In this document: piece by piece, positions 51,471 to 63,080 of the stretch
Numbering within the stretch: the first letter of the stretch is position 1
Layout of the letters: the number at the start of each line of letters is the position of its first letter
The notes under the pieces: model-generated
What the model saw: only the letters and a program-made list of their open reading frames with translations
Database searches by the model: none
Told to the model about the DNA's origin: nothing
Source of the DNA: Scyliorhinus canicula
Lineage: Eukaryota
DNA: 64,000 nucleotides
Assembly: GCF_902713615.1 (NCBI RefSeq)
Contig: NC_052149.1
Location: 67,445,443-67,509,442 of the forward strand
Direction: 5' to 3'
Made by a program: the position numbers and the translations under genes

Positions 51471-51934
51471 ATTACTGCAGTGGGTATCCAAAAAGACCCA
51501 ATCAGCACAGGAAAATTTGGTTCCTGCAGCACCATTTAGAAAAAAGTAAGGCAAGCCTCCCCTCATCTGAAAAGCCGGCATGGATTCAAAATTTACTTTG
51601 CCAGAACGATTTGGGCAGATGGAAGTGCCAGACCAGAAACAGAATTGGGCACTATGGAACAGGAGATGTTTAAGATACAGAATTGCATTGCATTAAATAA
51701 TAAATCCGAGGGCTGAGAAAGCTAATACTTTGGGCGGGATTCTCCGTAGCCCTTCGTAACGCGGGTTGCCTGCGAAAAAAATCGGTGTTAATCACTCCGG
51801 CGCCGGGGCCTTCTTTAAGGCCGCTATTCTCCGTTCCCGGAGGGGCTAGCAGCTGACTGACGCGATACGCGTCAGTTTCACCAGCTGCGGAAGTGGTGAG
51901 ACCCGGCGTTTTTTGGAGGATAAGGAGGAGAGAC

Positions 51935-52535
51935 GGGGGGTGGTGTGTGTTCCGGCATTTGGGGGGGTGGGGGTGTGTGTTCCGGCATTTGGGGGGGGTG
52001 TGTGTGTTCCGGCATTTGGGGGGGTGTGTGTGTTCCGGCATTTGGGGGGGGGGGGTGTGTGTGTTCCGGCATTTGGGGGGGGGGGTGTGTGTGTTCCGGC
52101 ATTTGGGGGGGGGGGTGTGTGTTCCGGCATTTGGGGGGGGGGGTGTGTGTTCCGGCATTTGGGGGGGGGGGTGTGTGTTCCGGCATTGGGGGGGGGGTGT
52201 GTTCCGGCATTGGGGGGGGGGTGTGTTCCGGCATTGGGGGGGGGGGTGTGTTCCGGCATTGGGGGGGGGGGGTGTTCCGGCATTGGGGGGGGGGGGGTGT
52301 TCCGGCATTGGGGGGGGGGGGGTGTGTTCCGGCATTGGGGGGGGGGTGTGTTCCGGCATTGGGGGGGGGGGGGTTCCGGCATTTGGGGGGGGGGTGTGTT
52401 CCGGCATTGGGGGGGGGGGGGTGTGTGTTCCGGCATTTGGGGGGGGGGGGGTGTGTTCCGGCATTTGGGGGTGTGTGTTCCGGCATTTGGGGGGGGGGGG
52501 GGGTGTGTGTTCCGGCATTTGGGGGGGGGGGGGGG
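51935..52535 (+). repeat. G-run minisatellite, 22 units of (GT)n-TTCCGGCATT(T)-Gn
   Basis: Counted by eye; unit ~23-33 bp with variable G runs. Confidence 0.95.
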
Positions 52536-53159
52536 TTGGGGGCAGCGGCGGGCAGAGAGGGGGGGCGACGGATGCCCGGGGCCAACGCACCGTCGCCCCC
52601 CCCCTCTGTCCGCCGCTGCCCCCTACCCCAACCCCCTCCCCTCACCACCCCTACCCCCTTCACCACCCCTACCCCACTCCAACGCCGCACCCACCCCCCC
52701 ACTAACGCCGCACCCCCCCCCCCCACTAACGGAGGAAGGAAGGGGGGGAGGAGGAGAGAGGGGGGGGTGTGGGTACCGGCCTTCAGAGGGAGGGGGACGG
52801 GGTGTGGGTTGCGGCGTTGAGGGTGGGGGTTGCGGCGTTGAGGGGGGGGGGACCCGGCGTTGAGGGGGGGGGGACCCGGCGTTGAGGGGGGGGGGACCCG
52901 GCGTTGAGGGGGGGGGGTTGCGGCGTTGCGAGAGATGGGGGGCGGCGTTGGAGGGGGGTAGGGGTGGTGGGGAGGGGCGTTGGAGGGAGGTAGGGGTGGT
53001 GAGGGGGGGGTGGTTAGGGTAGGGGGCAGCGGCGTACAGGGGGGGGGGCGACGGTGCGTTGGCCCCGGGCATCCGTCGCCCCCCCCCTCTCTGCCCGCCG
53101 CTGCCCCCCCCTCTCTGCCCGCCGCTGCCCCCCCCCTCTCTGCCCGCCGCTGCCCCCAA

Positions 53160-53740
53160 ACCCCCCCGATGGCCGCAACCCACTCCCCCGATGGCCGCAA
53201 CCCCCCGATGGCCGCAACCCACTCCCCCGATGGCCGCAACCCACTCCCCCGATGGCCGCAACCCACTCCCCCGATGGCCGCAACCCCCCCCGATGGCAGC
53301 AACCCCCCCCCCCCCCGATGGCCGCAACCCCCCCCCCCCGATGGCCGCAACCCCCCCGATGGCCGCAACCCACTCCCCCGATGGCCGCAACCCACTCCCC
53401 CGATGGCCGCAACCCCCCCGATGGCCGCAACCCACTCCCCCGATGGCCGCAACCCCCCGATGGCCGCAGCCCACTCCCCCGATGGCCGCAACCCACTCCC
53501 CCGACGGCCGCAACCCACCCCCCCGATGGCCGCAACCCACCCCCCCCCATGCCGCAACCCACCCCCCCTCCCCATGCCGCAACCCACCCCCCCCAATGCC
53601 GCAACCCACCGCCCCCCCCCAATGCCGCAACCCACCCCCCCCCCCCAATGCCGCAACCCACCCCCCCCCCCAATGCCGCAACCCACCCCCCCCCCAATGC
53701 CGCAACCCACCCCCCCCCCCAATGCCGCAACCCACCCCCG
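53160..53740 (-). repeat. C-run minisatellite, about 26 units of Cn-(GATG/AT/AAT)GCCGCAACCC(AC)
   Basis: Counted by eye; three unit variants in ordered blocks. Confidence 0.95.
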
Positions 53741-55947
53741 ACACTGAACGGCGTCAACCATCATCAGTGGTTGACGCCGTTTTAAATCAACTGTGATTTT
53801 CGCCGACGTGACCCGTGGCCACGTCGGCGGGACTTCGGCCCATCCGGGCCGGAGATTTAAGGTCAGTTCAAAAATAAGGAAATCCCGCCGGCGCCAGCTG
53901 TTTTCACAGGCCGCCGACGGGATTTGCACAACGCCGGTTTTTTTCCGGCGGGAGAATTACGAAACCTGCGGGAGCGGAAATGACGCCGCTTCCCGCCAAT
54001 TCTCCGACCCTGCGTGGGGTCGGAGAATCCCGCCCATTATTGTATTAAATTGATGCAATTGCTGATGATATGACAGGCAGACAAGAGGGATGGATTTTCT
54101 ACCTATGCCAACCATATGCCCTCCATGTCAATTCAGTAGTATCTGTTGACAGCTCTTCAACAGCTTTGGCACTTCTTTAATAGCTTTGACAGTTCTTTGC
54201 CAATTTAGCCAGTTCCTTGACAGCTTTGAAAATTCAATGGCTTTGAACTCCTTTTGCGCAAAGTTATGTTTACTTTAAACAATGAAAAAAGGGTTCTGTA
54301 CCACTACGAAAGTTGTCCTGGCACAATATCCAAAAGGGCTACCATACCTCTCCAAATGAATTAGCTTTTATGTGGTATGATCTGCACTGTCCAGGTTTTC
54401 ACACTGAAGACCTACCAAAATCTCACTTCAGTGGAGGAAGCTGGAAATGTAAATTGCCAGTTAAACTGCACATGCTTGAACCCCGGTCTGACTCCAGTCC
54501 CACTCCCACAAAATTAGGAATTGTTGTGTTCATGGATGAGATTTAGGATTTCCAGGTATGTCTACCAATTTGATCACAATGGTGAGATTCTCTGTCTGGC
54601 AAAACACATTGCTGTATCTCAGAGAAATGCATGGATACAATTACTGTTTTGAACGCAATTGATTTTTTTTTACAAAAGATGCGGGTGCAGCGCACCCATG
54701 CCGGCAGCCCAATTTTCCATCCTGCCAACTGGCCAATTGGGTTTCCCATTGTTGGCAGCCCCACATCGTCAGGAAATCCCCAGGTGTGGGTACGCTGCTT
54801 GCAGAGAATCCAGCCCACGGGTTTTAAAATCACAGCATTGATCCACCACAGATTTAGCAGTGCAACCGCTGAATTCCAAGAAGGAGGCCTATGCCAAAAC
54901 TGGAGAGCATTCCTCAGAAACATGCACGTGGATGACAGAAGGTCAACTTAAGAATTGGGGTTAAGAGTTGAATGTAAGCCTAGACCAGGAAGGCCGTAGG
55001 TTTTTTAGGACTAGTCGAGCTGGGAATAAATTATAGGGAGTTCAGCTCCCTATAATTCTGGTTCGGAGGTGACGCCACTTCTACTCCCTTCAGGTAAAAA
55101 TGTCTGTTGGTCCCTGATGGATGTTATTAGAACCCAATCTGCAGTCAAAGAAGCATCCCACCAGTTGAGCTGATCAGTGTAATATTATAGTAGGTTGGGA
55201 TAGGATTTGGATGGATAAGCCCTTCACACCATTTTAACATCCTTTTTCCCAGTTTCTGCTGTGCAAGTGGAGTTAACAAAACCATTTATACATTATGGCA
55301 TGGAATGTAATTAATTTCACAATTCCAAAATCAAATAGTTGTTTGTGAACATTAATTCAGGAATCACCTTATCGTTTCCTATATAAAATGTTGTAAGGAC
55401 AATTATTAGTAAGTCCCTGTCATATTTGATACAAATGCATATTGATGTACTGGCATTTAACAAATGTCAACCACCTTATGCCTCGCAGGTATTTTTTCCC
55501 TTTGATACCTATTCAATCTGTGGACCTGTTGATCTATAGGTCTGTCCTCCCAACTTCAGCACTTATCACAAGAACATTGCTATACTCTCTTGTTTGTTCA
55601 CATAGACCATACTTTCATATTCACCTCATTATTAGCTATTTCAAAAGTATGGATTAAGACCATATCATGTTTCACAAGTGAAAATTTAAATTTCTCAATG
55701 CTACAACAGTCAATAACCTTATTACAGGAAAATAAAACTGAAGGGTTGGCAATATTCCATTGGCAAATCCCAGCAAATTCTTGGGTTTACAAGATTAATC
55801 CTTTGCATTGTTTCATTTCAATCGTCCAAAGTCTTTTAATGTACAATAAAATTGTGTGTGCAGCCCTTAAAATATGGGGGTGTTCTAAGAGCTGAATTTT
55901 CCTTTCATTGGATTGGTCATATAGAATGTCTTAGCCATAATGTTTTT

Positions 55948-56252
55948 CAGCACAGTAGCACTATGGGTAGCACTGTTGCTTCACAGCTCCAGAGTCCCTG
56001 GTTCGATTTCCGGTTTGGGCCATTGTCTGTGTGGAGTCTGCACATTCTCCCTGTGTCTGCGTGGGTTTTCTCCGGGTGCCCCCGTTTCCTCCCACAAGTC
56101 CCAAAAGACGTGCTGTTAGGTAATTTGGACATTCTGAATTATCCCTCTGTGTACCTGAACAGGCGTCGGCATGTGGCGACTAGGGGCTTTTCACAGTAAC
56201 TTCATTACAGTGTTAATGTAAGCCTACTTGTGACAATAATAAAGATTATTTT
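55948..56252 (+). mobile_element. HE1-head SINE with alternative (ATT)n-type tail
   Basis: HE1 head and core to 'ctcccacaagtcc', then a different tail; ~9-bp TSD taatgtttt. Confidence 0.88.
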
Positions 56253-56271
56253 TAATGTTTTACTAAAGTCT

Positions 56272-56500
56272 GGGCAGCATGGTGGTGCAGTGGTTAGCGC
56301 TGCTGCCTCACAGCGCTAAGGACCCAGGTTCGAACCCGGCCTCAGGTCACTAACCGTGAGGAATTTGCACCATCTCCCAGTGTCTGCGTGGGTCTCACCC
56401 CCACAACCCAAAAAATGCACAGGGTAAGTGAATTGGCCACGCTAAATTTCCCCTTAATTGGAAAAAGATGAATTGGATACTCTAAATTTATCTTTAAAAA
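56272..56500 (+). mobile_element. HE1/V-type SINE, poly(A) variant
   Basis: Similarity to 7005-7232; degenerate long TSD. Confidence 0.88.
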
Positions 56501-57559
56501 ATGCTTTACTTGTCTCTGGATATAAACTCATACCTCAATTTATTAATCTCACACTACCGCGTACTGGAAAAGTCCGAAGTATTGGTGTCTGGGCATGTTG
56601 TTGAGATAGTGTGCAGAGAACTTCACTCTGCATCTAACTTGTAATTCTGGCTGTTAAAATTAGAAGTGTTCGGTTTCGCAGTGCCAACATCCCTCACCTT
56701 GGCAAGTATAATATTTACCGAAAACAATGCTCAATATGAAAAGCTATTCTTGGTTTCATGATAGTTTAATTCTGCTTCGGTAGAATTCAGCCAAACAGAT
56801 TTTAGACTGTAGAGCCTCTCCACTGTGGTAAACATAGTTAAACTGCCCAAACATTCCAAGGCCCACCCATTGTTGCTGGGGAAAGGGTGTGTTTTGCACA
56901 TACATAATTTACAAAGGAAGCTGGCCATATAAATCAGCAGCTGCTTTCACTGAAATGGCATTTTGGCAGTTAGCAAGTATGAAACCCAAAGACTGATTAA
57001 CGGACAGGCGTTCTTCTTTGGGCGGATCCCCCCCATTTTACAGGGGTGGGGTGGGAACAGGGTCAACAGCACGTCTGTATAATTCAGCCTATGGCATAGA
57101 ACAGCCTATCTCTACCCTCCCATCTCCACTGCCCCCACTATCCTTCCCTGCTCCACCCAGTGAATTTGCCACGAGGAAGAGCACACTATGTTAGTATGAT
57201 TAGGGCAATAATACACTAATATTCAATACTGTCAGTTTAATGAAACATCTTGACCAATTTCATGTTTATTGTAGATCAGAGAGGGTGGGGGGGGGGATGG
57301 TGCAGCGGAAAAGTCATGTCTACCTAATATCGAGGTGAGAGGTGGAAATTAACTGGTTCATTAGGGCTCATTGAGACAAAATCAGTAACCTGCCAATGCT
57401 GAACGGCTACTGACAGACCGCTCACCGATTGGGTGGGAAATTAGCTAGCAGGTACATATTTTACAAAGGCAACAGACAGTGGATGCTGGAAATCTGAAAT
57501 ATAACAAAATAAAATGCTGGAAAGCAGCATTTTCTGTTAATATTGCACATTTTTAATTT

Positions 57560-58110
57560 CGCTCATGGGACTTGGGCATCGCAGACATGGCCAGCATTTA
57601 TTGCCCTTGAGAAAGTGATGTTAAGCTCTTATTGAACTGTGACAATCTATAAGGTTAAGGTACACCCACAGTGATGTTAGGAAGTGAGTGTAGTATTTTG
57701 ACGCAGTGACTTGGAAGCAATGGTGATGTATTTAAGTCAGGAAATGGGCAGCACGGTGGCACAGTGGTTAGCATTGCTGCCTACGGCGCTGAGGACCCAG
57801 GTTCGAATCCCGGCCCTGGGTCACTGTCTGTGTGGAGTTTGCACATTCTCCCCGTGTCTGCATGGGTTTCACCCCCACAACCCAAAGATGTGCAGAATAG
57901 GTAGATTGGCCACTCTAAATTGCCCTTAATTGGAAAAAATAATTGGGTACTCTAAATTTATTTTTAAAAAGTCAGGAAGTGTGTGACTTGGAGGGGAACT
58001 TGCATGGTTGTGATGGCTCACCCACGTACATGTTCTTCTAGTTGGTAGCGATTGCAGGTTTGGAAGGCGCTGACAAAGGAGGCTTGGCGAGTTGCTGCAG
58101 CACATCTTGT
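57560..58110 (-). mobile_element. CR1-clade LINE (second family) 3' end containing a poly(A) SINE (57746-57968, +)
   Basis: LINE tail as at 19250; SINE flanked by 12-bp TSD aagtcaggaa(a/g)t. Confidence 0.8.
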
Positions 58111-58264
58111 AAAAGAAAGAGTTGCATTTATATAACTGGATGTCTGAAAATTATTTACAGCATGCACTGTTGAAATGTAGGATACACAGTAACCAAGTTG
58201 AGCGCAGCAAACATCCACAAACAGCATTTGGTATTGGGCAGATAATCTATCCTTATGGCATTGG

Positions 58265-58435
58265 TTGTAGGATAGATATTGGCCGAGGCACCAGGATAAC
58301 TCCCCTGCTCGTCTTCAGAGTAGTGTTGTAAAATCCTTTACATCCAGCTGACTGTTGAGGCCTCCGTTTAACAAATCATCTCAGACCGTACCTCCTCCAA
58401 CAGGGCAGTACTTACTTGATACTGGACTGTACACA
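58265..58435 (-). mobile_element. DeuSINE (SacSINE1/AmnSINE1-like) Deu-domain remnant
   Basis: 'caccaggataactcccctgctc..tttacatcca..ggcctccgtttaac..tcatc..cctcc' resembles the reverse Deu domain as recalled. Confidence 0.65.
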
Positions 58436-58544
58436 GCACATACTGCAGCTGGATTCCACCTGTGGAGCAGGAAGTGAATGTTTAAGATGCACGGTGGATT
58501 GTGTGTTCAGCAGGTTGCTTTGCTCCTGGCTGGTCTTAACCAGG

Positions 58545-58850
58545 AACAGTAACATAATGATTTTGTTACTCAACTAGTAATCCAGAGGCATGCCGAATGA
58601 TCTAGAGACCTGAGTTCCAATCCCACTACAGCAGCTTTGGAATTTGCATTCAGCTCATTAAATATTTTTCAAACTTAAAGAATCATGATTGAGGATGATG
58701 TTACAGTTGATTGTTGTAAAAGCCCACCTGGTTCACTAATGCCGTTCAGAGAAGAAAATGTGCCATCCATTCTCTGTCTTACCTATATGTGAATCCAGAC
58801 ACAGCAATATGGTTGTCTCTTAACTGTTCTGTATAATGGCCTAGCATGAT
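58545..58850 (+). mobile_element. AmnSINE2-like SINE, degenerate
   Basis: 'actagtaatccagag..gttgtaaaagcccacctggttcactaatg..acagcaatatggttg'. Confidence 0.6.
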
Positions 58851-59169
58851 TCCTAGATTCATTGAATGGTTGCAGCACAAAATAAGGCCATTTGGCCCAA
58901 CATACCTGTGCCAGCTCACAGCAAGAGCAGCTCATCTAGTCCCTTTCCCCATCGCGTCTACAATTTAAAAAAAATCTTCGAATAATTTTCTGATGCCCTA
59001 TTGAAAGCCTTGTTTGATTCTGCCTGCACCACACACTTTGGCAGTGCATCCAAATCCTAATTATTCACTGTGAAAAAATGTTTTTCCTCATGTCGATGCT
59101 TCCTTTGCTAATCCCTTTAAATCAGAGTCCTCTGGTTCTTGATTTTCCACAAGAAATATTTTCTCCTTA

Positions 59170-60075
59170 TCTTCTTTTAATTTATTCACAGACTGTGGGC
59201 ATTGAAGGTTCAGCAAAAATTTGTTGCCCATCCTTGATTGCCCTTAAGATGGTGATGGTGAACTGCCTTCTTCAATTGTCACAGTCCATGTGGTGCCATA
59301 ACACCATAGTGCTGTTAGGAAGGGAGGATCCAGGATTTTTACCCAGCAACAGTGAAGGAATGGTGATATATTTCCAAGTCATGATGGTGTGTAGCTAGGA
59401 GGGAAATTTGCAGGGGGTGGTCTTCCCTGCATTTTCCATTCTTGCCCTTTTAGATGGTAGAGGTCACTCGGGTTTGCAAGGTGTTGCCAAAGGAGTCTTG
59501 GTGACTTAATGTAGTGCATCTTGTGGAGAGTACACACTATTGCCACTTTATGTCCGTGTGGAGTTTGCACATTCTCCCCGTGTCTGCATGGGTCTTAGCC
59601 CCACAACTCAAAAAAATGTGCAGGGTAGGTGAATTGGCCATGATAAATGCCCCCATAATTGGAAAAAAAAAGAATTGGTGCTCTAAATTTATTTTAAAAA
59701 TAGATGATGTACAGGCTTTGACAAGCCAGGAGGCGAGTTACTCGCCACAAAATTTCCAGCGCCTAACTTGTTGCTGTGGCCACAGTATTTATATGGCCGG
59801 TCAATGATAAACCCAGGAGGTTGATAGTGGGGGATTCAGAAATGGTAATACTATTGAATGACAGGAGAAGAGGTTAGATTATCTGTTGTTGGTGATGGTC
59901 ATTGTCTGACATTTCTGTGGTGCAAATGTTACTTGCCACTTCACCAAAGCTGAATATTATCCAGGTCTTGCTGCATATATGGAGTCAGACTTCATTAGTA
60001 TCTGAGGAGTCATGAATGGTGCTGAACATTGTGCAATCATCTGTGAATAACCCCTTCTGATCATATGATGGTGGG
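59170..60075 (-). mobile_element. CR1-clade LINE (second family), left part; resumes at 63081
   Basis: Minus 'GLFTDDCTMFSTIHDSSDTNEV' RT motif; contains a 5'-truncated poly(A) SINE (~59550-59700); split by the young CR1. Confidence 0.75.
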
Positions 60076-63000
60076 CACTGGAGCAATAGGTCAGAAGGTG
60101 AAAGCATTGAGGGAGAGCTAGGGTATAGGGCCAGTCTGACTCTGAGGCAGAGCAGACAGGGAGATGTTGCTGAACACAGTGGGTCTGGTGGCCTGAAGTG
60201 CATATGTTTTAATGCAAGAAGTATTATGGGTAAGGCAGATGAACTGAGAGCTTGGATTAGTACTTGGAACTGTGATGTTGTTGCCATTACAGAGACCTGG
60301 TTGAAGGAAGGACAGGATTGGCAGCTAAATGTTCCAGGATTTAGATGTTTCAGGCGGGATAGAGGAGGATGTAAAAAGGGTGGCGGAGTTGCACTACTGG
60401 TTAGGCAGAATATCACAGCTGTACTACGGGAGGACACCTCAGAGGGCAGTGAGGCTACATGGGTAGAGATCAGGAATAAGAAGGGTGCAGTCACAATTTT
60501 GGCGGTTTACTACAGGCCTCCCAACAGCCAGCGGGAAATAGAGGAGCAGATAGGTAGACAGATTTTGGAAAAGAGTAAAAACAACAGGGTTGTTGTGATG
60601 GGAGACTTCAACTTCCCTAATATTGACTGGGACTCACTTAGTGCTAGGGGTTTGGACGGGGCAGAGTTTGTAAGGAGCATCCAGGAGGGCTTCTTAAAAC
60701 AATATGTAGACAGTCCAACTGGGGAAGGGGCTGTACTGGACCTGGTATTTGGGAATGAGCCCGGCCAGGTGGTAGAAGTATCAGTAGGGGAGCATTTCGG
60801 GAACAGTGCCCACAATTCAGTAAGTTTTAAAGTGCTGGCGGACAAGGATAAGAGTGGTCCTCGGGTGAATGCGCTAAATTGGGGGAAGGCTAATTATAAC
60901 AATATTAGGCGGGAACTGAAGAACCTAAATTGGGGGAGGATGTTTGAGGGTAAATCAACATCTGACATGTGGGAGGCTTTCAAGTGTCAGTTGAAAGGAA
61001 TTCAGGACCGGCATGTTCCTGTGAGGAAGAAGGATAAATACGGCAAATTTCAGGAACCTTGGATAACGAGAGATATTGTAGGCCCCGTCAAAAAGAAAAA
61101 GGAGGCATTTGTCAGGGCTAGAAGGCTGGGAACAGACAAAGCCTGTGTGGAATATAAGGAAAGTAGGAAAGAACTTAAGCAAGGAATCAGGAGGGCTAGA
61201 AGGGGTCACAATGAGTCATTGGCAAATAGGGTTAAGGAAAATCACAAGGCTTTTTACACATAGATAAAAAGCAAGAGGGTAGCCAGGGGAAGGTTTGGCC
61301 CTCTGAAGGATAGGCAAGGGAATCTATGTGTGGAGCCAGAGGAAATGGGCGAGGTACTAAATGAATACTTTGCATCAGTATTCACCAAAGAGAAGGAATC
61401 GGTGGATGTTGAGTCTGGAGAAGGGTGTGTAGATAGGCTGGGTCACATTGAGATCCAAAAGGATGAGGTGTTGGGCGTCTTGAAAAATATTAAGGTAGAT
61501 AGGTCCCCAGGGCCTGATGGGATCTGATGGGACCCAGAATACTGAAGGAGGCTAGAGAGGAAATTGCTGAGGCCTTGACAAAAATCTTTGGATCCTCACT
61601 GTCTTCAGGTGATGTCCCGGAGGACTGGAGAATAGCGAATGTTGTTCCTTTATTTAAGAAGGGTAGCAAGGATAATCCAGGGAACTACAGGCCGGTGAGC
61701 CTTATGTCAGTGGTAGGGAAATTACTGGAGAGAATTCTTCGAGACAGGATCTACTCCCATTTGGAAGCAAATGGACGTATTAGTGAGAGGCAGCATGGTT
61801 TTGTGAAGGGAAGGTCGTGTCTCACTAACTTGATAGAGTTTTTCAAAGCGGTCACAAACATGATTGATGCAGGTAGGGCAGTGGATGTTGTCTATATGGA
61901 CTTCAGTAGGCCTTTGACAAGGTCCCTCATGGTAGACTGGTACAAAAGGTGAAGTTACACGGGATCAGGGGTGAGCTGGCAAGCTGGATACAGAACTGGC
62001 TAGGTCATAGAAGGCAGAGAGTAGCAATGGAAGTGTGCTTTTCTGTTTGGAGGTCTGTGACTAGCGGAGTTCCGCAGGGATCAGTGCTGGAACCTTTGTT
62101 GTTCGTAGTATATACAAATGATTTGGAGGAAAATGTAACTGGTCTGATTAGTAAGTTTGCAGGCGACACAAAGGTTGGTGGAATTGCGGAGAGCAATGAG
62201 GACTGTCAGAGGATACAGCAGGATTTAGATTATTTGGAGACTTGGGCGGAGAGATGGCAGATGGAGTTTGATCTGGACAAATGTGAGGTAATGCATTTTG
62301 GAAGGTCTAATGCAGGTAGGGAATATACAGTGAATAGTAGAACTCTAAAGAGTATTGAAAGTCAGAGAGATCTAGGTGTACAGGTCCACAGGCCACTGAA
62401 AGGGGCAACACAAGTGGAGAAGGTAGTCAAGAAGTCATACGGCATGCTTGCTTTCATTGGCCGGGGCATTGGGTATAAGAATTGGCAAGTCATGTTGCAG
62501 CTGTATAGAATCTTAGTTAGACCACACTTGGAGTATAGTGTTCAATTCTGGTCGCCACACTACCAGAAGGATGTGGAGGCTTTAGAGAGGGTGCAGAAGA
62601 GATTTGCCAGGATGTTGCCTGGTATGGAGGGCATTAGCTATAAGGAGCGGTTGAATAAACTCAGTTTGTTCTCATTGGAACGATGAAGGTTGAGGGGCGA
62701 CCTGATAGAGGTCTACAAAATTATGAGGTGCATAGACAGAGTGGAGAGTCAGAGGCTTTTCCCCAGGGTAGAGGGGTCAATTACTAGGGGGCATAGGTTT
62801 AAGGTGCGAGGGGCAAGGTATAGAGTAGATGTACGAGGCAAGTTTTTTACACAGAGGGTAGTGGGTGCCTAGAACTCGCTGCTGGAGGAGGTGGTGGAAG
62901 CAGGGACGATAGCAACATTTAAGGGGCATCTTGATAAATACATGAATAGGATGGGAATAGAGGGATACGGACCCAGGAAGTGTGGAAGATTGTAGTTTAG

Positions 63001-63080
63001 TCAGGCAGCATGGTCGGCACGGGCTTGGAGGGCCGAAGGGCCTGTTCCTGTGCTGTACTTTTCTTTCTTCTTTGTTCTTT
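60076..63080 (+). mobile_element. CR1 (HER1-like) LINE, 5'-truncated, with nearly complete ORF2 and 3' UTR
   Basis: APE endonuclease and RT domains, 3' stem-loop 'gggccgaagggcctgttcctgtgctgtac' and (TTCTTTG)-like tail. Confidence 0.96.
60193..62993 (+). pseudogene. CR1 ORF2 (apurinic endonuclease + reverse transcriptase), disabled
   Basis: FNARS, AITETW, YYRPP, MGDFN, NYRPVSL, QHGFVKGRSCLTNL, GVPQGSVL; stops at 61261, 62684 and 62870; frameshifts near 61525 and 61908; FADD mutated to FAGD. Confidence 0.95.

Larger units (their letters stand above)
51732..54035. mobile_element. 2.3-kb foldback-like Harbinger-type MITE with internal inverted minisatellite arrays
   Basis: Perfect 15-bp TIR gggcgggattctccg / cggagaatcccgccc; flanks TTT and ATT (one mismatch from a 3-bp TSD). 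Confidence 0.88.

Noticed and set aside
51935-53740. Repeat-spacer pattern resembling a CRISPR array
   Set aside because: Spacers are homopolymer or GT runs rather than unique sequences; eukaryotic context and no cas genes
51670-53929. Long Pro/Gly-rich ORFs (up to 683 aa) in many frames on both strands
   Set aside because: They arise from stop-free G/C minisatellites with variable homopolymer lengths inside a MITE; no consistent frame is preserved
54087-54816. Possible 730-bp MITE with gggatggattttct / agagaatccagccc ends
   Set aside because: No TSD and a heterogeneous interior; may be ends of two unrelated decayed elements
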